Assembly (NCBI GenBank): GCA_033763905.1
Contig: JANRJP010000057.1
Span: 1-32,632, forward strand
DNA from: Gemmatimonadaceae bacterium
GTDB taxonomy: Bacteria; Gemmatimonadota; Gemmatimonadetes; Gemmatimonadales; Gemmatimonadaceae
DNA length: 32,632 nucleotides
Reading direction: 5' to 3'
Position 1 is the stretch's first letter. Each line of letters begins with the position of its first letter. The notes under the pieces were generated by a model. It saw nothing but the letters and a program-made list of their open reading frames with translations, was not told where the DNA came from and searched no databases. A program made the translations under genes and the position numbers. Of this stretch, positions 18,689 to 29,034 are shown in pieces.

Positions 18689-19897
18689 CTAGAAGTACGT
18701 GGCAACGCCAAGCTGCAGGGCACCAGACCTCGTCGCCGCGTTCCGAAGGAGGTCGTGCGCCCATTCTCGCCGATAGTTCAGCTTGAGCACCGTGCCCGCT
18801 ACAGGGCGGAAGCTCGCGCCGAGGGTCATGGCCATGCGGTCATCGCCGATGACGCCGCCGGTAGAGGCGAAGCGACCAACGTTGAAATCCACGTACTCAA
18901 GGCGCGTCGTGAGGCTCACGGTGCCACCGCGAAACGGACCGCTTGGTAACCGCAGTACCGGCGCGATGACATCTAAATAGGCCCCCCATTGCTTGTTACC
19001 GAGCACCTCACCCATGCCCCGGGGAAGCTCAATCCGGGCAAACGCAGCTTCGCCCCGCACCTCAATGGCGCGCGGCAGGAGCGTAGACACATCAACAGCG
19101 AGCAGCGAGAGACCTCTGCGTTCATCGATCTCCACGCCATCTAGGCGGAAGGTGTTGTACGTGGTGCCGTACCAGGAGAGGCCGGCCTCTCCAAACTCGC
19201 GCGACCGTAGCGCGACACGTCCCGACGCGGCGGGTACGCCATTATCGTCGCCAGCGAACTGTCCCGCACGTTTGCCGCTCGCGAAATGGGTGCGTCCCGT
19301 TGAATTGAGTACGACGCCCTCGCCGAGCCCGTTGGTCAGATACGCGTCATAGGTCAACGTCAGCCCGGGAGCCGACGCGATCCGACCGTTCACGCCGAAA
19401 CCGACCTCCGAGAGCGTGGACGGGATGATCTCAGTTGACACAAGCGGCCGATCCACGAACTCCCACCTCGGGCCGTCGTGATTCTGATTGAACGCCCCTA
19501 CGGGCGGCAGCAGGATACCGGCACGCACAACCAGCGCGGACGAAAGTCGGAAGTCAACGATTGCGGTCTCGAGCGCGATCTCTTGCGTGCCATGCTCAAA
19601 CTCGAGCTCTGAGAGAAAACGAACTCTCGATCCGATCGATGAGAACAGGAAAATGTTAAAGCGGCGCAACTCCATCGATAGGCCGGGTCCAATGCCTTCT
19701 TCACGCGTATAGAGCGCGTTGGCTTCGACGTATCCTCCAATCGCGGTGCGACCGGCTGACGAGATGAATGGGCGCTGGTAGATGCTTCCCTGCACGGACG
19801 TCGAGTCATCCTGCGCGAAAAGCGGCGTGCTCGCGAGAGCCAGTATCGTTGCCGCGCTCGCAGCCCAATGCTTCACCGCAACGTGAATCGGACGCAT
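18689..19897 (-). CDS. Outer-membrane beta-barrel/porin-like protein
   Basis: Signal peptide; IGGYVEAN, LRRFNIFL, FLSELEFEHG, alternating amphipathic strands; C-terminal ATYF. Confidence 0.8.
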   Translation of the reverse strand: MRPIHVAVKHWAASAATILALASTPLFAQDDSTSVQGSIYQRPFISSAGRTAIGGYVEANALYTREEGIGPGLSMELRRFNIFLFSSIGSRVRFLSELEFEHGTQEIALETAIVDFRLSSALVVRAGILLPPVGAFNQNHDGPRWEFVDRPLVSTEIIPSTLSEVGFGVNGRIASAPGLTLTYDAYLTNGLGEGVVLNSTGRTHFASGKRAGQFAGDDNGVPAASGRVALRSREFGEAGLSWYGTTYNTFRLDGVEIDERRGLSLLAVDVSTLLPRAIEVRGEAAFARIELPRGMGEVLGNKQWGAYLDVIAPVLRLPSGPFRGGTVSLTTRLEYVDFNVGRFASTGGVIGDDRMAMTLGASFRPVAGTVLKLNYRREWAHDLLRNAATRSGALQLGVATYF

Positions 19898-20348
19898 TAG
19901 GAGCCGCCTCCCGAACTGAGCTGAATGACGAGGCGGTCAGGCAGCTCGCGGACAGCGAAGCGCAACAGCGGTCGCGCCGCTGGCCCTTGCAGCACGGCAC
20001 CTTCCAAATCGTACTCGCTCCCGTGACAGGGACATACCAGCCGATCCGTTGAGGGCTCCACTTCGCAGCCACGATGCGTGCACTCTGTTGAGAGCGCCGT
20101 AGTCGTCCGGCCCGCACCGCGTCGAACAAAAAGTGGCAGGTCCCGGGTACTTCCACTAACGCTCGACCGTTCTTGTCAAGCGCCGAAAAGGGCACGTGCA
20201 CTTCGTTGTCGCGGCGTTCCCCAATCACATACGGGACGGACACGCATCTCATGCCGATCATCGGCAACGCCGCGCGCGCGCCGAGCGCACAGGCGCCAAA
20301 CGCGACCTGTTGTGCGCGAGCCAAGAATGCGCGTCGCGGAATCGTCAT
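19897..20348 (-). pseudogene. Exported Rieske [2Fe-2S] protein with a frameshift near 20142-20147
   Basis: Frame 1 has the RRAFL Tat-like leader up to VEVPG. Frame 2 reads DLPLFV...CTHRGC...CPCHGSEYD..G.VLQGPA and ends at a TAA overlapping the porin ATG. Confidence 0.85.
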
Positions 20349-21646
20349 AGCGACCTCAGGTAGCGTAGGATCCGTTCTTGTTCAACGGCTGGGAGCGCAT
20401 TGAATGTCGCGCGACTCGCCGACGCCTCGCCGCCGTGAAATCCGATTGCGGCGCGCAATGAACGTGCACGTCCGTCGTGCAGGAGGAACTGCGTGCCACC
20501 AGTCGCGCGCTCAGCCAAGCCAATGCCCCACAGTGGCGCGGTACGCCATTCGGAAGACGAGGAGGTTCCCTCAGTGTAGCCATCATCGAGCTCGGGACCC
20601 ATATCGTGCAACAATAGATCGGTGAGCGGCTCGAACTCGATACGATCGAGCGCTGCAATCGAGGACCTTCCCGTGCGCATCGTCATCACGTGGCAGTTCG
20701 CGCAGCCAATCGCGATGAAGCGCTGGCGGCCTGCGAGCACTTCCGGATTGGCCGCATCGCGGCGCGGCGGCGGGCGTAGTGCACGTAGGTAGAAAACCAC
20801 GGTACTGACGATTCCGGAGCCGACTTCGGGATCGGCGACGCCGTCTCCGCTTGAGCCTGGCAACTCCGGGAGCACCAAATCGTACGGATGGTCAGCGGTG
20901 GTCAGCCCCATATCCTCAGAATAGGCATTCACCGTCTGATGGCGGAGCGTGATGGTGGTCGCCTTCTTGCCGAAGCGTCCGAGATAGCGTCCAGACCAAG
21001 AGAGATGACGCGCTGGGGTTCCGGGAACGCCGCGGAGTCCTTCGGCCGCGAGGCCATCAACTAACGGTGACGCCGTCACCCAACTCGCGCGCCCTGAAAT
21101 CCCGTCTGCATTGAGGTCGGCGGAATCGGCGCGTGCGAGGATGCTCGAATCATCTACTGCTTCAAGCAGGCCCAATCCGGTGAGGGCTGGCGGGGTGAAG
21201 CGCGCCATCACTGTGGATGCGGATGGCCGAGTTTCTGCGAGGTAGCCGAGGATCGCACGATTCTGCAGCTGCGGACCACCGTCGGCGATCATCGGATCGA
21301 AGGTGAGGCCCTCATAGCGTCCGAAGCGCGTGATGTCGAAGATTGGATGGCCTTTGCCGTCGCCGGCGTGACAGGCGTCGCAGGACTGTGCAATGAAGAG
21401 TGGTCCGAGACCCTCGGTCGATGCGAAGGCGCGTCCGAACTCGGCGTCGCCTCGGAGGAAGATCGCGTGTTGAGGCGCGGTGAGTCCGGCAATCGGACCT
21501 TCGAGGATCGAGTCGTCGCGCGGCGCGCCGGGGAAGAAAGGCTCTCCGCAAGCGGCGATTGCAAGTACTGTCGCAAATCCGCCGATGACGGCGACAACTC
21601 GATGGGCTCGGCGGGCAAAGGCGCGCAGATTCCGGGGCAAATCCAT
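20345..21646 (-). CDS. Di-haem oxidoreductase (DHOR/DUF1111)-family lipoprotein
   Basis: Lipobox IAAC; GLGPLF, CDACH, GRFG.KA, CANCH, TDLLLHDMG, EWRTAPLWGIG, LLHDGRAR, HGGEA. Confidence 0.9.
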   Translation of the reverse strand: MDLPRNLRAFARRAHRVVAVIGGFATVLAIAACGEPFFPGAPRDDSILEGPIAGLTAPQHAIFLRGDAEFGRAFASTEGLGPLFIAQSCDACHAGDGKGHPIFDITRFGRYEGLTFDPMIADGGPQLQNRAILGYLAETRPSASTVMARFTPPALTGLGLLEAVDDSSILARADSADLNADGISGRASWVTASPLVDGLAAEGLRGVPGTPARHLSWSGRYLGRFGKKATTITLRHQTVNAYSEDMGLTTADHPYDLVLPELPGSSGDGVADPEVGSGIVSTVVFYLRALRPPPRRDAANPEVLAGRQRFIAIGCANCHVMTMRTGRSSIAALDRIEFEPLTDLLLHDMGPELDDGYTEGTSSSSEWRTAPLWGIGLAERATGGTQFLLHDGRARSLRAAIGFHGGEASASRATFNALPAVEQERILRYLRSL

Positions 21647-21665
21647 AAGTTGGTATGTGCTAACT

Positions 21666-22262
21666 CTAAGAATTTGTCAAGGTTTCCCTCCGCTCGCGAT
21701 ACGCGTCCGTGAGGATTCGTATTACGCTCCGCAGAATGAGCACGCAAATGCCCGCCGCAATCAGTAGGTCGGGGATTCCGGACTCAGTCAGGCTCACGAG
21801 AATGGCAGCGAGGATCACCGCTACGTTCACTTGCACATCCGTCGCCGAGAAGATCCAAGCCGCGCGGAGATGCACCTCGCCATGCCGATAGCGCTTGAGG
21901 ATTGCCAAGCACCAGACGTTCACGCCGAGGGCCAGCAGCGAAACACCGACCATGGGAATCGCTTCAGGTGCGCTCCCCCGAGCGAGGGCGAGGCCCAGCT
22001 TTGCGATAGCGGCCGCCGCGAGGGCGAGTTGGGCGTACCCAGCGCCGAGTGCGGCGTTGACTTTCGCGCTGGCAGGCCGCCCGATGGCATAGAGAGACAG
22101 ACCGTACACCACGGCATCGGCGAGCATATCGAGTCCGTCCGCGACGAGTCCCATCGAATCGGCGGTCAGGCCGGCGGTGACTTCCACGACAAACATCGCG
22201 CCGTTGAGCGCGAACAGGGTGAGGAGCGCGCGCCGCTCCGCGGCCTCCGGCAAACCGTTCAC
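21666..22262 (-). CDS. Short CDF-family cation transporter (TM domain only)
   Basis: SMGLVADGLDMLADAVVY, HLRAAWIFSATDV, PDL; GTGA overlap with the ATPase stop. Confidence 0.85.
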   Translation of the reverse strand: MNGLPEAAERRALLTLFALNGAMFVVEVTAGLTADSMGLVADGLDMLADAVVYGLSLYAIGRPASAKVNAALGAGYAQLALAAAAIAKLGLALARGSAPEAIPMVGVSLLALGVNVWCLAILKRYRHGEVHLRAAWIFSATDVQVNVAVILAAILVSLTESGIPDLLIAAGICVLILRSVIRILTDAYRERRETLTNS

Positions 22263-24724
22263 GTGGGCTCAACCTCGCGAGATCCGTAGCGGAGTAAGCG
22301 CAGGGCATTGGCGATGACAACTAGCGTACTGCCTTCGTGCATCACCACGGCACCACCAATGCCGACGAGTCCCGTCGAGGTTGCAACGACCAGCAGGATA
22401 ATGACACCGAGTGAGACGAAGAGATTCTGCTTGATGATGCCGCGGGCCGTGCGGCTCAAGCCGATTGCGAACGGGAGACGTCCGAGATCATCACCCATCA
22501 GCGCCACATCAGCCGTTTCCAGCGCAGCCGCAGTGCCCGCCCCTCCCATCGCAATACCAACCGTCGCGTGCGCTAGCGCCGGCGCATCGTTCACACCATC
22601 GCCCACCATCGCAACCCGTCCGAGTTGCGCCAATTCCCGGATGGCCTTCACTTTGTCCTCCGGCAACAGACCAGCCTGTACGTTTGTGACGCCAACAGCA
22701 TCGCCAACGGCCTTGGCAACACCGGCATTGTCACCGGTGAGCATCACAATACGCTTCACGCCAACAGCGCGCAGGCGATCAAGTGTTTCTCTCATGCCAG
22801 GACGCGGTTCGTCCGCGACACCGATGACCCCAAGCCAGCCCTCGCCATCGTCGAACGAAGTTGTCCTGCCCGAGCCCAATCGATGACGCACAACCACGGT
22901 AGTCCGCCCTGCCGTCTCCAACATCGCAACAATTGCGCGCACGCCTGCCGGCACTTGCGCCCCAGTCTCCTCGAACATCAGTAGTCGGCCCACTTCAACT
23001 CGGGCCCCGTCCACCGCCGCGCGGATTCCGCGTCCTGTGACCGATTCCACATCGCCGGCCGCTGGTACTTCGAGTCCACGTTGCTCAGCCGCTTGTATGA
23101 TTGCGCGCGCCAAGGGATGTTGTGAACGCTTCTCAACAGCGGCCGTCATCGAAAGCAGGCGGTTTTCATCCACGCCGTCAAACGGACGAAGATCAGTCAC
23201 CTGCGCCTCGCCTCGCGTAATGGTCCCCGTCTTATCCAAAGCCAGCGTATCAATTGAGCCAAGTACCTCGAGGTATGCGCCTCCTTTAATCAGCACGCCC
23301 TTTCGCGCCGCTTGCGCAATGCCAGAGAGCACGGCGGCTGGCGTGCCAAGCGCGAGCGCGCAGGGCGATGCTGCCACAAGAAGTGCCATGCCTCTATAAA
23401 ACGACTCGCTCCACGTCCAGAACCCGAGCAACGGCGGACCAACAATTAGAAGCACGTCGGCCACGAGAACCACCGGGACAAATACGCGCTCAAAGCGATC
23501 GGTAAACAGTTGGGTAGGCGCCTTCTGCGTTTGCGCCTCTGCGACGAGCTTGATGACTCGATCAAGTGTGCGATCGCCGATCGCCGCCGTCACCTCAACG
23601 ACGAGCGCGCCATCACCATTGACCGCGCCAGCGAACACCGTGTCATCCGCTGCCTTATCAACTGGCACGCTCTCGCCGGTGATGGGTGCCTGATTCACGG
23701 CCGAGCGCCCTTCACGCACGATGCCGTCAACCGGGATTCGCTCGGCGGGCTTCACGACCACGCGATCACCCGCGCGGACCTCAGCGATGGGTATCGCCGT
23801 CTCACGCCCGTCGCGCTGAACGACTGCTGTTTGCGGAGCGAGCTCAGCAAGGGCCGCGATGGCATTACGTGCGCGTCCTAATGCATAGTGCTCAAGCGCG
23901 TGTCCGAGGCTAAACAAGAAGAGGAGCAGCGCGCCCTCCACCCACTCGCCAAGGATTGCGGCACCGAGCGCCGCGACGACCATCAAAAGGTCAATGTTGA
24001 AGTGGAACTTCCCGCGCCGCAGGTCGCCAATGAAGTGACCAACGTTGTCGCGCGCACCAAATACGTAGGCGGCGATAAAAATGCTGATGGACAGCGCGCG
24101 TGGCGCGCCCGTGAACTTCTCAATGAGCCAGGCGACCGTGAGGAGTACTCCCGATGCCAAGCTCCACGCGAGCTCCCGGTTGCGCGTGTACCAACTGCTT
24201 TCTTCCGGAGCGGCCGCGTGAGCCGGATCACTGACTGTTCTCATTCGTGCTTCAATCGTCGCAGAATCTACTCGCCTGCGGTCGAACTCCACACGCGCCA
24301 CCTGACCCGCGAAGTTGACCACGGCCGCGGTCACGCCGGGTAGCGCGCGTAGCTCCGTCTCAAGGCGCGTGCCGCTGTCCTCGGTGCTGACAGAGCGGAA
24401 TGGTAGGATCACGTGTCCGTAACGCTCGGTTACTTCAGCGCCGGCGGAACGCGCGAGTGCGGTGATGTGCTCGAGCGAGAGCTGATTGGGATTGTAGTGC
24501 AGGCACAGCTGCGACTCGGCCGGTTGCGCCGATGCAAACACAACGCTGGGCGTGGCGTCTTCGCAGTTCTGGGCGCCTCGCCCCACGACGTGCGCGCTCT
24601 GCACGCCCGCTCGCTGCTGAAGTGTCTGAACTAATCGCTCCACGCAGGCGTCACGTAGGTCTTGCACCTCCGGCAGCAGCAGTGGGAGGTCAAGCCGCGT
24701 GGTGTGACCTGACGTGTCTGTCAT
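22259..24724 (-). CDS. P1B-4-type heavy-metal ATPase (Zn/Cd/Co)
   Basis: SPCALAL, DKTGT, TGES, HEGST; N-terminal degenerate HMA-like domains. Confidence 0.93.
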   Translation of the reverse strand: MTDTSGHTTRLDLPLLLPEVQDLRDACVERLVQTLQQRAGVQSAHVVGRGAQNCEDATPSVVFASAQPAESQLCLHYNPNQLSLEHITALARSAGAEVTERYGHVILPFRSVSTEDSGTRLETELRALPGVTAAVVNFAGQVARVEFDRRRVDSATIEARMRTVSDPAHAAAPEESSWYTRNRELAWSLASGVLLTVAWLIEKFTGAPRALSISIFIAAYVFGARDNVGHFIGDLRRGKFHFNIDLLMVVAALGAAILGEWVEGALLLFLFSLGHALEHYALGRARNAIAALAELAPQTAVVQRDGRETAIPIAEVRAGDRVVVKPAERIPVDGIVREGRSAVNQAPITGESVPVDKAADDTVFAGAVNGDGALVVEVTAAIGDRTLDRVIKLVAEAQTQKAPTQLFTDRFERVFVPVVLVADVLLIVGPPLLGFWTWSESFYRGMALLVAASPCALALGTPAAVLSGIAQAARKGVLIKGGAYLEVLGSIDTLALDKTGTITRGEAQVTDLRPFDGVDENRLLSMTAAVEKRSQHPLARAIIQAAEQRGLEVPAAGDVESVTGRGIRAAVDGARVEVGRLLMFEETGAQVPAGVRAIVAMLETAGRTTVVVRHRLGSGRTTSFDDGEGWLGVIGVADEPRPGMRETLDRLRAVGVKRIVMLTGDNAGVAKAVGDAVGVTNVQAGLLPEDKVKAIRELAQLGRVAMVGDGVNDAPALAHATVGIAMGGAGTAAALETADVALMGDDLGRLPFAIGLSRTARGIIKQNLFVSLGVIILLVVATSTGLVGIGGAVVMHEGSTLVVIANALRLLRYGSREVEPT

Positions 24725-27700
24725 AGCTCAATACCTCTCGACGCAGCCACGTGCTCTTCCCGCCTCTCGAAGAGCAAGTAGAGCAATGGCAATACCAGGA
24801 GTGTGAGCAGCGTCGCTGTAAACAGCCCACCGATGACCACCGTCGCCAACGGTCGTTGGACCTCCGCACCCGCCCCGCTTGAGAGCGCCATCGGAATGAA
24901 TCCCAAGCTCGCCACCAACGCGGTCATTAGCACCGGACGCAAGCGCGTCATTGCACCTTCGCGCACCGCATCCACAAGCGGACGCCCGTGCTGGCGCAAT
25001 TCATTGATGTAGGACACCATCACGAGGCCGTTGAGCACCGCCACGCCGAAGAGCGCGATGAAGCCGACGCCTGCGCTAATCGAGAAGGGCATCCCGCGCA
25101 GCAAGAGCGCAAAGACACCACCCACTGCGGCGAGTGGGATGCCCGTGAATACAAGTGCCGCCTGTCGAAGCGAGTTAAACGTGGCAAAGAGCATCAGGAA
25201 GATGAGCAAGAGAGAGAGCGGCACCACAAGGGTGAGCCGCTTGCTCGCCCGCTCAAGATTCTCAAACTGCCCACCATACTCTGGACGATAGCCAGTCGGC
25301 AACTCAATCACGCCATCCTCGAAGAGCGCCCGGACATCAGCAACGAAGCCTCCAATGTCGCGTCCACGCACATTGCCTTCAACGATGACAAGGCGAGAAC
25401 CATTCTCGTGGCTGATTTCCGCCGGACCATTCACTTCTTCAACCCGCGCAAGGGTACCCAGCGGCACACGCTCGCCCGAGGGCGCACTCACGAGGATGGT
25501 GCTGATAGTTGCGGCGTTCTGGCGCACCTCGGCCGGCAGGCGCACGGTGAGTGCGAAGCGACGCTGGCCTTCGAGCACCTGCGAGACCTCCGCGCCGCCC
25601 AGCGCCTCCACCACCTGCATCACATCCGCGGAATTGATGCCGTACCGTGCAAGCTGAGTAGGCAGCACAGTGATCTGGAGTTGCGGCATTCCCTCCAGTT
25701 GCTGTGCCTTGAAGCCCGTCGCCCCCTCAAGCTGAGAGACTGCGGCGACCACCTGTGCGGCGGTTTGGCTCAACCGGCCCAGATCTTCGCCGTAGATTCT
25801 GATGGCGAGGTCGCTGCGCACACCGGCGATGAGTTCGTTCACGCGCAGTTCAATCGGCTGGCTGAAGCTGAACACCAGGCCAGGAATCTTTTCCAACGCT
25901 TCAGACATCTGCATTTCTAGCTCGACCTTCGTATCCGCCTTCGTCCATTCGTCCGGCGGCGTGAGAATCAGGAAGATGTCAGAGATATTGAACCCCATCG
26001 GGTCTGTGGCAATCTCCGGGCGTCCCGTTTTGGCCACCACATCAATCAGTTCGTCTGGAAACGTTGCGAGCAGCACCTGCTCTACTTGCGTCGTCTGGCG
26101 CACCGATTCCTCAAGCGAGACGCTGGGAAGCCGCAGCACCTGCAGTGCGAACGAGCCCTCATTGAGCCGCGGGATGAACTCGGACCCAAGGAATGGCACC
26201 GCCGCCACCGCAAGTACAAACGCCGCGGCAGCACCAATCATCACACGACGGCTATGTGCGAGCGTCCACGCGAGCGCCGGCTCGTAAAGAGCTTTGGCCT
26301 TCTGCATCAGCCAGACGTCTCTCTCCTCAACCTTGCCCCTTAAGAAGAGTGAGATCAGCACCGGCGTGAGAAGAAATGTCAGTAGCAAAGATCCGACTAG
26401 CGCAAACACTACGGTGAGCGCCATGGGCCTGAACATCTTGCCCTCTACGCCTTCGAGTGTCAGGATGGGTAAGTACACGATGATGATGATGCCGACGCCG
26501 AAAAGAATGGGGCGGGCCACCTCGGCGCAGGACTCGAGCACCGTCTGCAGGAAACTCTCTTCTGGCTTGCGGTGTCCTAGGCGGCGCATCGAATTCTCCA
26601 CCATCACGACCGACCCATCAACCACGAGGCCGAAATCAATTGCGCCGAGGCTCATCAGGCTGCCCGCAATGCCGGCCTTCAACATTCCGCTGAGTGCGAA
26701 AAACATTGAGAGTGGAATCGCCGCCGCGACAATCAACGCACCACGAATGTTTCCCAGCAGGAGAAAGAGCACCACGACGACGAGCACAGCGCCCTCAATG
26801 AGATTCTTCTCCACCGTCTTGATCGTGCGATTGACGAGCTCCGCGCGATCGTAGAACGGTACGAGGCGTACACCAGGCGGCAGACTGCGTGCGGCCACGG
26901 CGAAGCGCTCCTTCACCGCCTCCACTACGGTGCGCGAGTTCTCCCCCATGCGCATCATCACGATGCCGGTCACGACCTCGCCAGTTCCGTCCTTGGTCAC
27001 CGCGCCTTGGCGGATGGTCGAACCAATCACCACGTCTGCGATGTCGCTTACAAGCACGGGCGTGCCGCCGCGGCTCGATACGACGATGCTACGAATCTGG
27101 TCAAGATCCTGCACCTGACCGACTCCGCGAATCACGAGTTGTTCGGCGCCCTTCGTGATATATCCGCCACCCGCGTTCTGATTGTTGGCGGCAATGGCAT
27201 CAAGGACACGCGGCAGTGTCAGGTCGTATTGTACGAGCGCTTGGGGCCGCACGAGCACTTGGTACTGCTTCTCGAAGCCACCAAAGGCATTGACCTCGGC
27301 TACTCCCTTGACCGCGCGGAGCTGTGGTGCGACTAGCCAGTCCTGAAGCGTACGCAACTCTGTGGCATTAACATCCGAACCTGAGTCCGCTTCAATAGTG
27401 TACTGAAATACCTCGCCAAGTCCGCTTGAGATGGGACCCATCTCGGGCGTTCCGTAGCCTGCGGGAATCTCCTCGCGAGCCTGTTGCAAACGCTCCTGCA
27501 CTTGTTGTCGTGCGAAATAGATGTCAGTGCCTTCCTCAAAGACCACTGTCACTTGCGACAGGCCAAACTTTGAGATGGAACGAATCTCTTCGAGGTTCGG
27601 AAGTCCGAACATCGCGAGCTCTACAGGTAGCGTGACCTGCCGCTCCACCTCCGTGGGAGGTAGCGCCGCAGCGTTTGTGTTGATCTGCACCTGCACGTTC

Positions 27701-27825
27701 GTGACGTCCGGTACTGCGTCAATGGGGAGCTGGAGGGCGCTCCAGATGCCCACACCAACGAGCATTGCCGTCAGTCCGAGGATCAGAAGCCGTTGCTTTA
27801 GGACGAAGCTGATAATCGATCGCAT
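24721..27825 (-). CDS. czcA: CzcA heavy-metal RND permease (divalent cations)
   Basis: IDAVPDVTNVQVQINT, AIDFGLVVDGSVVMVEN, GAEVQRPLATVVIGG. Confidence 0.96.
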   Translation of the reverse strand: MRSIISFVLKQRLLILGLTAMLVGVGIWSALQLPIDAVPDVTNVQVQINTNAAALPPTEVERQVTLPVELAMFGLPNLEEIRSISKFGLSQVTVVFEEGTDIYFARQQVQERLQQAREEIPAGYGTPEMGPISSGLGEVFQYTIEADSGSDVNATELRTLQDWLVAPQLRAVKGVAEVNAFGGFEKQYQVLVRPQALVQYDLTLPRVLDAIAANNQNAGGGYITKGAEQLVIRGVGQVQDLDQIRSIVVSSRGGTPVLVSDIADVVIGSTIRQGAVTKDGTGEVVTGIVMMRMGENSRTVVEAVKERFAVAARSLPPGVRLVPFYDRAELVNRTIKTVEKNLIEGAVLVVVVLFLLLGNIRGALIVAAAIPLSMFFALSGMLKAGIAGSLMSLGAIDFGLVVDGSVVMVENSMRRLGHRKPEESFLQTVLESCAEVARPILFGVGIIIIVYLPILTLEGVEGKMFRPMALTVVFALVGSLLLTFLLTPVLISLFLRGKVEERDVWLMQKAKALYEPALAWTLAHSRRVMIGAAAAFVLAVAAVPFLGSEFIPRLNEGSFALQVLRLPSVSLEESVRQTTQVEQVLLATFPDELIDVVAKTGRPEIATDPMGFNISDIFLILTPPDEWTKADTKVELEMQMSEALEKIPGLVFSFSQPIELRVNELIAGVRSDLAIRIYGEDLGRLSQTAAQVVAAVSQLEGATGFKAQQLEGMPQLQITVLPTQLARYGINSADVMQVVEALGGAEVSQVLEGQRRFALTVRLPAEVRQNAATISTILVSAPSGERVPLGTLARVEEVNGPAEISHENGSRLVIVEGNVRGRDIGGFVADVRALFEDGVIELPTGYRPEYGGQFENLERASKRLTLVVPLSLLLIFLMLFATFNSLRQAALVFTGIPLAAVGGVFALLLRGMPFSISAGVGFIALFGVAVLNGLVMVSYINELRQHGRPLVDAVREGAMTRLRPVLMTALVASLGFIPMALSSGAGAEVQRPLATVVIGGLFTATLLTLLVLPLLYLLFERREEHVAASRGIEL

Positions 27826-27843
27826 GTTAGATTCCCGTATCGG

Positions 27844-29034
27844 CTAATGGTCGTCTTCCCCGATTTCAGCCTTGCTGAGCTCGGAGCGGAGCGCGAAGGC
27901 TCCAGCGGTTACGACGCGACTGCCTGGCGCAATGCCAGACAGAATGACGATGCGGTTGCCGTCCGTGGTGGGGCCCACCGCAACTGGGATTGCACGAAAC
28001 TCACCCGGTGCGTCGCCGGGAACGAACACCACGAGCTTGCCCTCAATCGTTTGTACCGCGTCTTGCGGCACGACGGCCATCGGCGGTCCGCCGCCGCCAA
28101 CTTGGATGTTTGCTGTTGCGAACATCCCGGGCTTAAGAGCGCCGTCTCGATTGGGAATCTCAACGCGCGCGCGGACGGTGCGCTTGGCGGGATCAAGCAC
28201 GTCACCAACGTAGACAATACGTCCGGGAAAGCTGCGACTAGGGTACGCCGAGACCAGCACCGCCACGGACTGGCCACGTGTGACGCGCGCGAGGTCGCGC
28301 TCGAAGATGTCGAGTTCAATCCAAACTTCGGAGAGATCCGCCACGGTGAAGAGCGTGTCCGCTGGCGTGGCCATCTCACCGAGACTGGCATTGCGCGCGA
28401 CGACCACGCCGGCGAAGGGAGCAACGAGCGTGAACTCACCACCCGCACCGTGGTCGTGCGACGCACCGAGCACCTTCAGCCGGTCCTCGGCGCTGTGCAG
28501 TGCCGCTTCTCCTCGGCGCAACATCGCCTCAGCCTCGAGCAGTTCCTTTCGGCTCGAAATGCCTTGCGCGGCAAGCCGCTGCTCACGCGCGTAATTCTCC
28601 TTTGCGATTCTTAACAGCGCCTCGGCTTCACGCTCTTCTGCGCGAATCTGCCCCACCTCGACGCTTTCAAGCGTTGCAAGTGCCTGACCGCGCTGAACGC
28701 GCGCACCGAGATCGCTACGCACGGCAACGATGCGGCCATCAGATCTCGATCCGACGTGGCTCACTCGGTCAGCGTCGAAGCTGATGGCTCCAGTAACCGC
28801 GAGGGCGCTGGTGGTGACTGACCCGACTTGACTTACTTGGATGCCGCCGAGTCGAATGGCCGCGGTGTCGAGCACGACGACGCCTTCTTCGCCGAGGCGT
28901 TCCTCCGGGGCAGCCACAGGCGGCGCTTCATCGCCTCTGCTACAGGCGACGAGCGCGACTGTTCCTACAAGAACGAGTACGGCGAAGCTGGGCACGGCCC
29001 GATGCGCCTGCTTGAAGTTCGTGAACGTGATCAC
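27844..29034 (-). CDS. czcB: CzcB periplasmic adaptor (lipoprotein)
   Basis: LVAC lipobox; APFAGVV, ADLSEVW, LKPGMFA, GAFALRSEL. Confidence 0.9.
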   Translation of the reverse strand: MITFTNFKQAHRAVPSFAVLVLVGTVALVACSRGDEAPPVAAPEERLGEEGVVVLDTAAIRLGGIQVSQVGSVTTSALAVTGAISFDADRVSHVGSRSDGRIVAVRSDLGARVQRGQALATLESVEVGQIRAEEREAEALLRIAKENYAREQRLAAQGISSRKELLEAEAMLRRGEAALHSAEDRLKVLGASHDHGAGGEFTLVAPFAGVVVARNASLGEMATPADTLFTVADLSEVWIELDIFERDLARVTRGQSVAVLVSAYPSRSFPGRIVYVGDVLDPAKRTVRARVEIPNRDGALKPGMFATANIQVGGGGPPMAVVPQDAVQTIEGKLVVFVPGDAPGEFRAIPVAVGPTTDGNRIVILSGIAPGSRVVTAGAFALRSELSKAEIGEDDH

